DNA of 64,000 nt from the human T2T-CHM13v2.0 reference genome, Homo sapiens. Positions 1 to 11,835 of this stretch are shown here, in pieces. The notes beneath the pieces were generated by a model. The model was not told the origin of the DNA and did not search any database. It was given only the letters and a program-made list of their open reading frames with translations. How positions within the stretch are numbered: the first letter of the stretch is position 1; every line of letters begins with the position of its first letter. The DNA lies in NCBI RefSeq assembly GCF_009914755.1, contig NC_060927.1, one strand, 5' to 3'. The position numbers and the translations under genes are program-made.

Positions 1-21
1 CAAACAACAAAAAGTGGTAGT

Positions 22-262
22 TAAGCTTGAGGATGCAAAGGCATAAGAGTGATACAATGGACTTTGGGGGCTTGGGAGAAAGGATGGGAATAGGGTGAGA
101 AATAAAAGACTACAAATTCGGTACAGTATATACTGCTTGGGTGATGGGAGCACCAAAATCTCACAAATCACCACTAAAGAACTTACTTATGTAACCAAAC
201 ACTACCTGTTCCCCAAAAGCCTATGGAAATTAAAAATAAAGAAAGAAAGAAAGAAAGAAAGA
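22..262 (+). mobile_element. L1PB (L1PB1-like) 3' end with A-rich tail
   Basis: GAGGATGCAAAGGCATAAGA...CACCAAAATCTCACAAATCACCACTAAAGAACTTACT...CCTATGGAAAT followed by an A/GAAA tail matches the recalled L1PB 3' UTR. Confidence 0.85.
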
Positions 263-359
263 AATTGCGTCATACCATACAGCCCTAAGGAAAAAAACCT
301 AAGGTTGGGACAGGGACTAGTATCCAGAGTTGGTACAACACTTTTCTTAAAATACCCAG

Positions 360-663
360 TTTTTTTTGTTTGTTTGTTTTTTGAGAGGGAGTCTCATTCT
401 GTCACCAGGCTGGAGTGCAGTGACGCGATCTCGGCTCACTGCACCCTTTGCCTCCTGGGTTCAAGTAATTCTCCTGCCTCAGCCTCCTGAGTGGCTGGGA
501 CTACAGGTGCCTGCCACCACGCCCTGCTAATTTTTTTGTATTTTTAGTAGAGATGGGATTTCACCGTGTTGGCCAGGATGGTCTTGATCTCTTGACCTCG
601 TGATCTGCCCGCCTCAGCCTCCCAAAGTGCTGGAATTACAGGCGTGAGCCACCGCACCCAACC
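360..663 (-). mobile_element. AluSc-like, full length
   Basis: Dimeric Alu with AluSc-type GGTCAAGAGATCAAGACCATCCTGGCC and CCTGGTGACAGA on the minus strand. TSD AAAATACCCAG at 349-359 and 664-674. Confidence 0.93.
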
Positions 664-674
664 AAAATACCCAG

Positions 675-725
675 TTTTTTTTTGTTTTTTTTGAGACAGA
701 GTCTTGCTCTATCGCCCAGGCTGGA
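675..725 (-). mobile_element. Severely 5'-truncated Alu (3' ~32 nt plus poly-A)
   Basis: PolyT then GAGACAGAGTCTTGCTCTATCGCCCAGGCTGG, followed by AAAATACCCAAG. Confidence 0.85.
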
Positions 726-742
726 AAAAATACCCAAGTTTT

Positions 743-743
<1 letters not shown>

Positions 744-776
<33 letters not shown>
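744..776. repeat. (AAC)n microsatellite
   Basis: About 11 AAC units read directly. Confidence 0.95.
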
Positions 777-1776
777 TATTATGAAATATGTAAAGAAATA
801 GGAAAGTATAACCCATACACAGAAAAAAAAATAGTATTCAACAGAAAAAATAACCAAATAAAAATTATGTGGTTAAAGTATACTACCTGGTAGAAAAGAA
901 AGCAACATAAAAATAGATTTCAACAATACTATATACAAACTAGGCCTGTCACACATCTATAGAACTTTCTACTCAACAACAGGAGAATGCATATTTTTCC
1001 TAAGTGCACATGAACCATTCTCCAGGATGGACTATATGGAAGCCCATAAAGGAAGTCTCAATAAATCTAAATTAATTGAAATAATCAAATGTAAGCCATT
1101 TGTTCACAATTGAGTGAAATAAGAAATTGATAACAGGATATAACTTTAAAAATTCACAAATATAAGAAAATTAAAAAAGACTTTTAGATAACCAATTGGT
1201 CAAAGAAAAAAGATCACAGAAAAGTAAACAAACAAGCCAAAAATCTTTTGGATGAATTAAAATAAAAACATCAATATAGCTAAAGTAAAATATAGGTGGT
1301 AATGTATACCTAACATTGTCTATATTTAAAAAAAATAAAATATTTCAAATCACTACTTATTTTCACCTTAAAGACCCTGGAAAAAAAGACAAAAAGTAAG
1401 CAGAAAGTAATAATAAGGACTGAGCAGAAAGTAATAATAAGGACTGGAACAGAAATTAATAAAACAGAGTTTAGTAAAACAATAAAGAAAATCAGGAAAC
1501 CCCAAGTCTGGTTATTTGAACTATCAGCAAAATTGACAAACCTCGATGAATCCCACTGGAATGACAAAAAATAAAAGAGAAAGCCCAGGCCTTGATGGCT
1601 TCACTGGTAAATTCTACCAAATGGTAAAAACAAAACAAAACAAACAAACAGACAAAAAAAAAAAACAAAACAGAAATTCTTCCAAAACCCTTCCAAAAAA
1701 TGGAAGACAAAAACATTTTTCTGTTCATTCTTTGAGGCCAGTATTATCCTGATACCAATACCAAAGATATCATGAG

Positions 1777-1778
1777 AA

Positions 1779-1838
<60 letters not shown>

Positions 1839-1848
1839 AAAAAAAAAA
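1777..1848. repeat. (GAAA)n microsatellite plus A run, inside L1
   Basis: About 15 GAAA units. Source of the FFLS ORFs at 1601..2103. Confidence 0.95.
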
Positions 1849-3829
1849 CGCAGACCAATATCCTTTAGAAATGTAATCAAAATAAATGCCCCACAAGATA
1901 ATAGATACTAGCAAACTGAATAACCTTATAGAGAGATCGATCAATAAATAGAGAGATAGAGACAGAGATTTATGTACATATGTAATGCCACATTGGTTTA
2001 ACATCTGAAAATCAATTAATATAAATAGAATACACCATGTAAATAGAATAACATGCAAAATCCATATGATCGTTTCAATAGATGCAGAAAACATTTGACA
2101 CAATTCAACACACTTTCATGAGAAAGTGCTCAACAAATTAAAATTGAAAATAAAAATGAGATGCTCAATCTGATAAAGGACATGTATGAAAACCTAATGC
2201 TAACATCTTGTTTAATTGTGAAAGACTGTGTGCTTCCCCACTAAAATCAGAAACAATGCCATGAAGCCCAGTCTCTCTATCTCTATGCAACATTACACTG
2301 GAGGTGGTAGGGCAATTAAACAATGAAATAATAGAACATACATCTGCATTCAAAGCAAGAAGTGAAAGTATTTCTATTTTTAGGTCTATATAGGAAGCTT
2401 CAAGGATTTTACTAAGATCCTATAAGAACTAATAAATTTGGCCTCTTTGCAGAATACAAAATCGGTGTACAAATACCAACTGCATTTCTATACAATAGCA
2501 ATTAACAAACTGAAAATGAAATTAAATCATTTCCATTGACAATAATATCAAAACAGAATAATTATTAAAGGAATACATTAACAAAAGAAATCCAAAAATA
2601 TACTTGGAAAAGTACAAAGAATTGTTAAAAATAATTTTAAATATCCAAATAAAAAGAAAAAAAAATCTTAGGTTTCTGGATTAGAAAAATAAATATTGTT
2701 AAGACAGCAATTGACCTAAAAATTTAACACAATCTTTATCATAATTCCAGCTGGCCTCTTTTTAGAAATTAATAAGCTGATCTTAAAGTTCATATGGGAA
2801 TTCAAAGGACCCAAAATAGCCAAAATAACCTTGAAAAGAAAGCACAAAGTTGAAGGACTCACATTTTCCTACTTTCAAACTTACTACAAAATTACACTAA
2901 TTGTGACAGTGTGGTATTGGCATAAGAGTAGATATAGAGATCATTGTAATAATATTGATAGTCCAGAAATAAACCCTCACATTTATAGTCTTATTAACTT
3001 TTATCAAGAGTACCAAGCAAACTCCATGGCAGGTAGTCTTAGCAGATGGTATTGGGACAATTGGATATCCACATGCAAAAGGGATGGATTTATATGTCAC
3101 ATCATATTAAAAAATAACTTAAAAGTAGATAAAATATCTAAAAGGTAGGAATCAAAGTAGAAAACTCTTAGAAGACAACAAAAGCATAACTTTTATGGAT
3201 TAAACAATTTATTTAGATATGACATCAAAAGAACAAGCAGCAAAAGATAAAAATAAATTGGACATCATCAAATTAAAAACTTTTGTGATTTAAAGAACAT
3301 CATCAGGAGATTAGAAACTCACCCACAGAATGGGTGGAAAATTTTTGTAAATTATAACTTAGAAAAGACTTTTATCTACAATATATGAGGAGCTCTTTCA
3401 ACTCAATAACAAAAAGGCAAATAATCCAGTTACAAAATGGGGAATTGATCTGAATAAACATTCTCCAAAGAAGAAATACAAATGGCCAATAAGTACAATA
3501 AGATGCTTAACATCATCAGGCATCAGGGAAATGCAAATTAAAATCTTAATGAGGTACCACTTCACACCCACTAAAATGGTGATAATGAAAAAGGGAGATA
3601 ATTTCAATTGTTGGTAAGGATATGAACAAATTAAAACCCACTACACTACTGATACAAATGTGAAATGTTATAGACACTTTGGAAAGCAGATTGGCAACAC
3701 TTGAAAAGGCTAAAAAATATAGAGATATTAACTGACCCACAATTCGATTCCTAGGTATGTACTCAGAAAAAATAAAAATTTATGTACACACAACTTTTCA
3801 TGAATGTTCACAGCAGCATTAATCATAAT

Positions 3830-3960
3830 GGGAGACTGAGGCTGGAGAACCTCTTGAACCCAGGAGGCAATGATTGAAGTAAGGTGAGATCACGCCACTT
3901 CACTCCAGCCTGGGTGGCAAGAGTGAAACTCATTTAAAAAAAAAAAAAGAGAGAGAGAGA
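3830..3960 (+). mobile_element. Alu right-arm fragment with poly-A/(GA)n tail
   Basis: GGGAGACTGAGGCTGGAGAA...CACTCCAGCCTGGGTGGCAAGAGTGAAACTC followed by an A tail. Confidence 0.88.
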
Positions 3961-4299
3961 TTGCTTTTAAAGGCAAGACATTGTTTGAATTTTCCTTTTA
4001 AAATTAAGTGCCATTCTACTATTCTACATTTACTTTAATTTATTTACATTTACTTATTACATTTAATTATTATATCTACTTTAAAATATTGTGAATTCCT
4101 TAAGAGCAGAAGCTGTATTTTGTCAATTTATTAATCTTCAGCACATTGAACAATAAGTTGCACTTACTAGGTGATCTTCAAGTGTAGAATTAAACTGAAA
4201 TAGATGTTCTCAAACATTATAAGTAATAATACCTATAGATAATGTATATTTGTTTACTCAAAAAGAAAAGTGTGTTTTTTATTAATCTTTTGTCTTTCA

Positions 4300-4820
4300 G
4301 CTCTTAGTCCACCTCAATAATCTTGTATGTGAGCTGGGATGAAAGACTGCAAACCCCTCCTTGGTCTACTAGATCACAGTTAAGCTATGGCAAAGAGGAT
4401 TACTTGGTCTGGAGAATGTAAAAAGGACTTGCTTCTACCTGCCAGCTTTATCACAGCACTATTTCTCCGTCCTAACAGGGATCCTTGATTCTAATAGTAG
4501 CATAGGGTTCCATTTTGCAGTTTTTTTCAACCTGATTTCCCTCACGATGGCCCATCAAAGTTCCCTCTGCCAGCCACCTAGTGCCCTACCGCCTTGAGTC
4601 TGAGGTTTCCAGATACTTTCCTCTAAGCCACAAAGTTTTAGTAATCCTAACTTCTGTTCATCCTTCCAATCCTAGGTGTAGAAACTGCTTCTTCAGTTAT
4701 TGCAAAAATGCAATGTCCATTTTTGTTTATTTTGCTTTTTTCCCTTATAGTTTCTAATGCCCTGGTAAACAAGATATTTTATAAAATTTTCTCTATTAAA
4801 ATAATCTTGACTGCTTTTGT
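4300..4820 (+). mobile_element. Old ERVL LTR (LTR33-like)
   Basis: Resembles recalled LTR33 segments (GACTGCAAAC..., CCTAGG...CTGCTTC, AAATTTTCTCTATTAAAATA). Highly diverged. Confidence 0.45.
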
Positions 4821-5052
4821 GGATAACTTTGTCACTTGCAAAATTATCCCAAACTGGTTGCCAATATATGTAGTTAACCCAAATTATGCATTATCAACCA
4901 GAAACCACTGGGCTAACTTGGAGACTCCTTAGAGTTTATTTAAGTTAGGACCCTATTTTGCTTTGATCTTACAGATTTTGGTGGGAGGTGGGCTGGTCGT
5001 AGGGGGTGAAACAATGCTCACCAAGTAAGTGGAAAGATAAAAGTGCCACAGA

Positions 5053-5371
5053 TGCTGGGCACAATGGCTCACACCTGTAATCTCAGCTCTTTGGGAAGCC
5101 GAGGAGGGCAGATTACTTGAGGTCAAGAGTTCAAGATTAGCCTGGCAAACATGGTGAAACCCTGTCTCTACAAAAAATACAAAAATTAGCAGGGTGTGGT
5201 AGCACACACCTGTAATCCCAGCTATTAGGGAGGCTGAGGCAGGAGAATTGCTTGAACCCAGGGGGTGGAGGTTGCAGTGAGCGGAGATTGTGCCACTGCA
5301 CAACAGTCAGGGTGAAAGAGCAAGACACTATCTCCAAAATAAATAAATAAATAAAATAAAAAACAAAAAAT
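5053..5371 (+). mobile_element. AluS (Sx/Sz-like), full length
   Basis: Dimeric Alu with middle A-rich linker and (AAAT)n tail. Confidence 0.93.
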
Positions 5372-6478
5372 ACCCCAGATGAATTCAAAGAAGTATTATT
5401 TGATTTCAAAAAGAACCTGCCTCATGAACTTGGAGAGAGGATTTTTTTTTCTATTTACTTTTTGTTGTTGTTGTTGAAATTTTGTATTTTGGACCAATAT
5501 CATCTTTTAGTGTGTAATGAGGAAATTGTGTTAGTGGACCACAATTTTTTATTCTAGCCGTATATTTCCAGGACTGTGAATACATACACATTTTCTAGTA
5601 TTAAAACCAAATTTCTGTGATCTCCACTAGTTTTTTCTTTCTTTTTACTAGGCAAAAGTAAAAGCTATTTTATAGATTCCTGGACCACAGTACATGATAT
5701 AGATTTAAGGTGAGAAACATTCAGTGAAGTCAAACAAAATTTATAGATACAAATATATAAAAAGTTATTAAATCACATATTACATTTCAATCACATATCC
5801 TTCCTTATACTTGTAAATCTTAGATAACCTATTATATAGAAATAATAATATTAAGCAGTAATTTTAATATCAGATGAGCTCTTTTTATATTTTTGTCTGT
5901 GATTATATATATTAAGTAGATACATATATAATTTATTTTCCTGTATATTTTTGCCTATATATGCTGTCTTAAAGTATATTCATATTTTGAGTATAATGTG
6001 GTATTTCTATATGTATAATCCTAGAAACATTGCATCTGCAAGAAATTGAATATTATAAAATTCTGATTATTAAGCTATAGCCTTTTCTGACATTTATGTG
6101 ATAGTAAAGTATAATCTTATTTTTCTGAAGTTCGTATTATTTAATTCATTCAAAAATATTTACTGACATTGTGTAAGATGAAAATATTGCCAAAAAACAC
6201 TGACTTTGATGGTTTAAAGAAAATCTTTAACTTGTTGCCCATAATAAAAATTGCATAATGCTAAAAGATGTTATATATAAACCATACCTATCAGAATAAC
6301 AGATGCTGTATGTATAGATGGAGAGATAGAAATGCAGGGATGCACTTTTAACAGACATATCTTTCACATTTAGTATTTGTTTATTGATTTATTTTTTTTA
6401 ATTCTGGCACTTAAATAATCATAATTTAAATCACAAATACTTCAGTGCTTTGCCAAACACTTTGTCTAATTGTCTTTT

Positions 6479-7056
6479 TCAGTTATTTGTTGTTGCATAA
6501 TGAACTACATCAAATTTGAGTGGATTAAAATAACAGTAGTTTTAGTCATGACTCTGAAATTTGGAAAGGCCTTGAAAGGGAAAGCTGGTCTCTGCTACCC
6601 CAGTGCAGTTGGAAGACTGTTTGCTAGAATTATCTGATGTCTTGCTCACACACATGTTAAGGCTTGGAGTAGGACACCTCAAACAGCCAAGCCTTCTTGG
6701 GCATTTCTTTTTATCTCCATGGAGTCTCTTCCTGTGTCTCTCCAACATTGATTCTTTAAGGAAGCACAGGTTCTTGTTTTGTTTTGTTTTGGTTTTTATA
6801 TTGGCTTGCATGTCCTGAGAGGAAAATTGTATCAACTTTTTTTTTTTTTTTTTTTTTTTTTACCTAAAACTTAGAAGTAATGCAGTATCACCTCTGCTGC
6901 ATTCTACTCTATTAAAAGCAGCAGTTTCAAACACCATCAGAGGTTCAAGGGAGGGAAAATGGACTCCACCTCTAGAAGAGACTGCTAAGCTTCTGGAGCG
7001 TCATATGAGACTAAAAATGGTCTTATGGCGATTTTTGGAAAACAAAATGTATCACA
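6479..7056 (-). mobile_element. MaLR LTR (MLT1F/G/H-like)
   Basis: CAGTATCACCTCTGCTGCATTCTA...TTCAAGGGAGGGAAAATGGACTCCACCTCT. Minus-strand start TGTGATACATTTTGTTTTCCAAAAAT. Confidence 0.7.
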
Positions 7057-7431
7057 AATGGGTCAAGTGTTAGAAACATTCACTATAAAATTATCCCAGA
7101 GACTCCTAGTCATAAGTGTTTTGAGCTTCTCTTATCCCAAAGCAATTCAATGAACTCCCATTAAAATATGGGATTACAGTATTTTAAATCTGTTTGTCTC
7201 TCCAGATAAACTCTATATTTCTTAAAGATAGAAATCATGCCTAATTTTTTAGTATGTGTGGGTGGCTGTGTATATATACATAAACATATGTCCATATTAT
7301 TTGTCACACATAAGGTACTCAGTAAATGCATCTTGAAATGAATTGACTGTAATTGAACTATAGTGTTACAAACAGTGTTGGTCTTATTTTGTCTCATATG
7401 AAGGCAAGAGTTAGTAGATTGGTAAAGTTAG

Positions 7432-8112
<681 letters not shown>

Positions 8113-8379
8113 ATGGCTGACTTCTTATATCCCTTGCACAGTACCAATCTACTCCACATATTTTTGGCAAGCAGTTCCTGCAGGTTTACTGAGACCTTCT
8201 CTTCAGAAAAGAAACCTAAAAGAGAGAACTTAGTTGGACAAATTATAGTCACTTCCTCTAATACAGGTCTCAGAACTGAATCAGGTAATCATCTTCTCCC
8301 TTCTCCATTATTCATTCTAAATATTCCCTTATTCTCGGAATTATCACCTCTTCGGGTTTTTGTTGTGGTGGTGGTTTTT

Positions 8380-8401
8380 GTGTGTGTGTGTGTGTGTGTG
8401 T
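8380..8401. repeat. (TG)n microsatellite
   Basis: Read directly. Confidence 0.9.
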
Positions 8402-8811
8402 TTGGTTTTTTAGTAGTGTGACCCAAACTTGTATTATGAGTGCCTAAGACTTAGATATTCTTATGCTTCTCAAGGTGAGGGTGACTGCATTTGCCTGTTC
8501 ACTGCAACAATTAGGCAAGAGAGAATCAAATGTTACACAGACAAATCCCTGGGATTCTATCCTGACTTCCATTATGTGAAAACATCTGGATCCTCCTATG
8601 AATTCAGGTAAAAAAAGCAGGCTCCTCCTCTGAAGCTTGCCAAGATAGTGACTTCTTACCCACTGGTTCCTGGATCCAAAGAGCTCAAAGTGCTCAGATA
8701 TTTCAGGGTTTTCTATTCTGTGCCATTGATCTATGTGTCTATTTTTATACCAGTACCATGCTGTTTTAGTTACTATAGCCTTGTAGTATAATTTGAAGTT
8801 AGGTAATGTGA

Positions 8812-8927
8812 TGCAACTTTTGCCTCCCGAGTTCAAGCCATTCTCCCGCCTCAGCCTCCCAAGTAGCTGGGACTACAGGTGTGCACCACCATGCCCGGAT
8901 ATTTTTTGTATTTTTAGTAGAGACAGG
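8812..8927 (-). mobile_element. Internal Alu fragment (no head, no tail) embedded in L1
   Basis: 116 bp, 5 mismatches (hand count) to 7890-8005 of the neighbouring Alu. Confidence 0.9.
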
Positions 8928-9298
8928 CTGGCTTTGTTCTTTTTGCTTAAGATCGTTTTGGCTATCCAGGCTCTTTTTTTGGTGTCATATAAACTTTAGG
9001 ATTTTTTCCCTAATTCTGTGAAGAATGGCATTGATAGTTTGGTCAGAACTGTGTTGTATCTGCAGATAGTTTTGGGCAATTGGGTAATTTTACTAATATT
9101 GATTTCTCTAATCCATGAGAATGGGATGTTTTTCCATTTGTTTGTGTCACCTATTAATCCTTTTATCAATGTTTTGTTGTTATCCTTGTAGACATCTTTC
9201 ACTTTCTTGGATAAGTATATTCTTAGGTATATATTTAATGTGTGGCTATTGTAAATGAGATTGAGTTCTCGAAATGGTTCCCAGCTTGACTGTTACTG

Positions 9299-9330
9299 GA
9301 GACTCCATCTCAAAAAAAAAAAAAAAAAAA
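9299..9330 (+). mobile_element. Alu 3' terminal 13 nt plus A19
   Basis: GAGACTCCATCTC plus poly-A interrupting L1 sequence. Confidence 0.7.
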
Positions 9331-11277
9331 GAAATGCTATTGATTTTAGTGCAGTGGTATTGTATCCTTAAACTTGACTAAAGTCGTTTATGTCTAGGAG
9401 TCTTCCAGAGGAGTCGTTTTGGTTTTCTAAAGTCATTTCATCAGTAAACAGAGATAATTCAACTTCCTCTTTTACAATTTGGAAGCCACATACTTACAAC
9501 CAACAGAGCTTTGGCAAAGTTAAAAAAGATAAACAATTGGGAAAGGACACTGTATTCAATAAGTGGTGCTGGGAAAATTGGCTAGCTATCTATCTGCAGA
9601 AGAATAAAACTGGACCTCTACCTCTCACCATATACAATAATTAACTCAAGATGGATAAATAACTTAAATGTAAGATTGGAAAATATAAAAGTACTATAAG
9701 GAAACCTAGACAAAACTCTTCTGGACATTGCCGTAAGGAAATAATTTCTGCTTAACATAAAAACAAATGCAATAGAAACAAAATTAGATAAATTAAACTT
9801 AATTAAGCTAAAAAGCTTCTGTACAGCAAAAGAAATAATCAGCAGAGTAAACAGAAACCCTAAAGAATGGGAGAAACATTTTTAAATTGTGCCTCCAGCA
9901 CAGGACCAATATCCAGAATCTACAAGGAATTCAAACACATCAACAAAGAAAAGGTAAATGACCCCATTAGGAAATGAGCAGAGGACTTGAACAGATATTT
10001 CTCAAAAGAAAATATACAAGCAGCCAACAAATATATGAAAAAAAAGCTCACTATTACTGTTACTAATCAACAGGGAAATGCAAATGAAAACTGCAATGAG
10101 ACATCATCCTACACCAGTCAGTATGATTATTGTTAAAAATCAAAAGCACCAGATTGTATCGAGGCTGTGGAGAAAAGGGTAGACCTATACACTATTAGAG
10201 GGAATGTAAATTAGCTCTGCCCCGGTGGAAAACAGTATAAAGATTTTTCAAAGAACCAAAAATAGTAGGACCATTCAACCCAGCATTCCTACTACTGGGT
10301 AACTAAAGAGAAAAAAATCATTGTATTAAAAAAAACACCTGTGTCTATGTTTATCATAGGACTATTCATAATAGCAAAGTCATGGAATCAACCTAAGTCC
10401 ATCAAGAGTTGATGGTATAAAGTAAATATGGTATATATACACATGGAATTCTATTTTATCATAAAACACAATAAAATTATGTCCTTTGGAGCAACACTGA
10501 TGGAGCTGAAGGCCATTATCCTTAGTGAAATAACTCTGAAAAAGAAAATCAAATACCACATGTTCTCACTTGTAAGTGGGAGCTAAACAATAGGTACACA
10601 TGAGTATAAAGATGACAACAATAGACACTGTAGACTCCAAAGTGGGAAGATTAGGACATGATGAGGTTCAAAAATTATCTACTTGGTACAGTGGTTACTA
10701 TAGGTACACTAGAAGCCCCAAATCCACCATTACACCACATATCCATATAACAAACTTGCACACGTACCCTCAAATCTACAATAAAACAAATTTAAAATAA
10801 TAAAAAATCATGAAGTGCTAAGATAATAGCTGTAATCTGAACTTCAGTGGAACTCTTGGTATGTTACCAGGCAAGAATATGGCCTTTGTGGAAACCAGGA
10901 CTCAACTAGAGTTTCACGGACAGGGACACAAAGTTCTCTAGCAGGTCATTGGTAGGGATGGTAAGTAGGCTACTTCTTCTTCCCATTTTGGTTACCAGAA
11001 CCATGTATCCTTTCTATTGGGGAGGCACACTGTGTTTTAGTGTATGTATCCTAAGGTACAGTAATTTCTCCTTTTTTGATATTTGCTCTGAGCTAGCACT
11101 TCATCTGCATTGTCAATAAGACATCCCAATGAGTTATCAGGCTGTTTGCTTCTTTATAGTATGTCATGTGATACAATCAGTAGTTCACAGGTCATGGTCT
11201 CACTCTATGAAGTGTGTTTCTTGGTTGGATGCTATGGTCTATGAGATTTTATAGCTATTGGTAAGACATTTGGTAAG

Positions 11278-11835
11278 TGTGATGGTTAATACTGAGTGTC
11301 AACTCGATTGGATTAAAGGATGCAAAGTATTGTTCCTGGGTGTGTCTGTTGAGGGTGTTGCCAAAGGAGATTAAACATTTGAGTCAGTGGACTGGGAGAG
11401 GCAGATCCACTCTCAGTCTGGGTGAGCAACTTCTAATCAGCTGCCAGTGTGGCTAGGATGGAAGCAGAGAGGGCAACATGGAAGTACTAGACTGGTTGAG
11501 TCTTCTGGTCTCCATCTTTCCCCCATGTTGGAAGCTTCCTACCCTTGAACATCAGACTCCACGTTCTTTAGTTTTTGGATGCTTGGACCTATACCAGTTG
11601 TTTGCCAGGAACTCTCTGGCTTTTGGCTACAGACTGAAGGCTGCACTGTCGACTTCCCTACTTTTGAGGTGTTGGAACTCGGACTTGCTTCCTTGCTCCT
11701 CAGCTTGCAAATGGCCTATTGTGGGACTTCACTTTGTGATTATGTGAACCAATACTAATACTCCTTAATAAACTGCCTTTCATATATACATCTATCCTAT
11801 TAGCCCTGTCTCTCTAGAGAACTCTGACTAATACA
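11278..11835 (+). mobile_element. MLT2A solo LTR (HERV-L LTR)
   Basis: TGTGATGGTTAATACTGAGTGTCAACT...CTAGAGAACTCTGACTAATACA. 5-bp TSD GTAAG/GCAAG. Confidence 0.93.

Larger units (their letters stand above)
268..3829 (+). mobile_element. Old L1M (L1MC/MD-type) remnant: 5' UTR piece (~268-840, split by Alus) plus decayed ORF2 (~890-3829)
   Basis: L1 ORF2 homology throughout. ORF 2831..3148 (YYKITLIVTVWYWHK...IDSPEINPHIY...WYWDNWISTCKR) is an ORF2 C-terminal remnant. Many stops and deletions. Confidence 0.85.
8701..10812 (+). mobile_element. L1PB4-like, 5'-truncated with inverted 5' part (8701-~9483 minus, ~9484-10812 plus)
   Basis: Minus part encodes [31 protein letters not shown]. Plus part continues to an L1PB4-type 3' UTR and A tail. 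TSD AAGTGCT(C/A)AGATA at 8688-8700 and 10813-10825. Confidence 0.88.

Noticed and set aside
1399-1446. Perfect 24-bp tandem duplication AGCAGAAAGTAATAATAAGGACTG, and similar 10-18 bp doublets near 27090, 34535, 36790, 37945, 45475 and 59680
   Set aside because: Ordinary slippage micro-duplications with no higher-order pattern.
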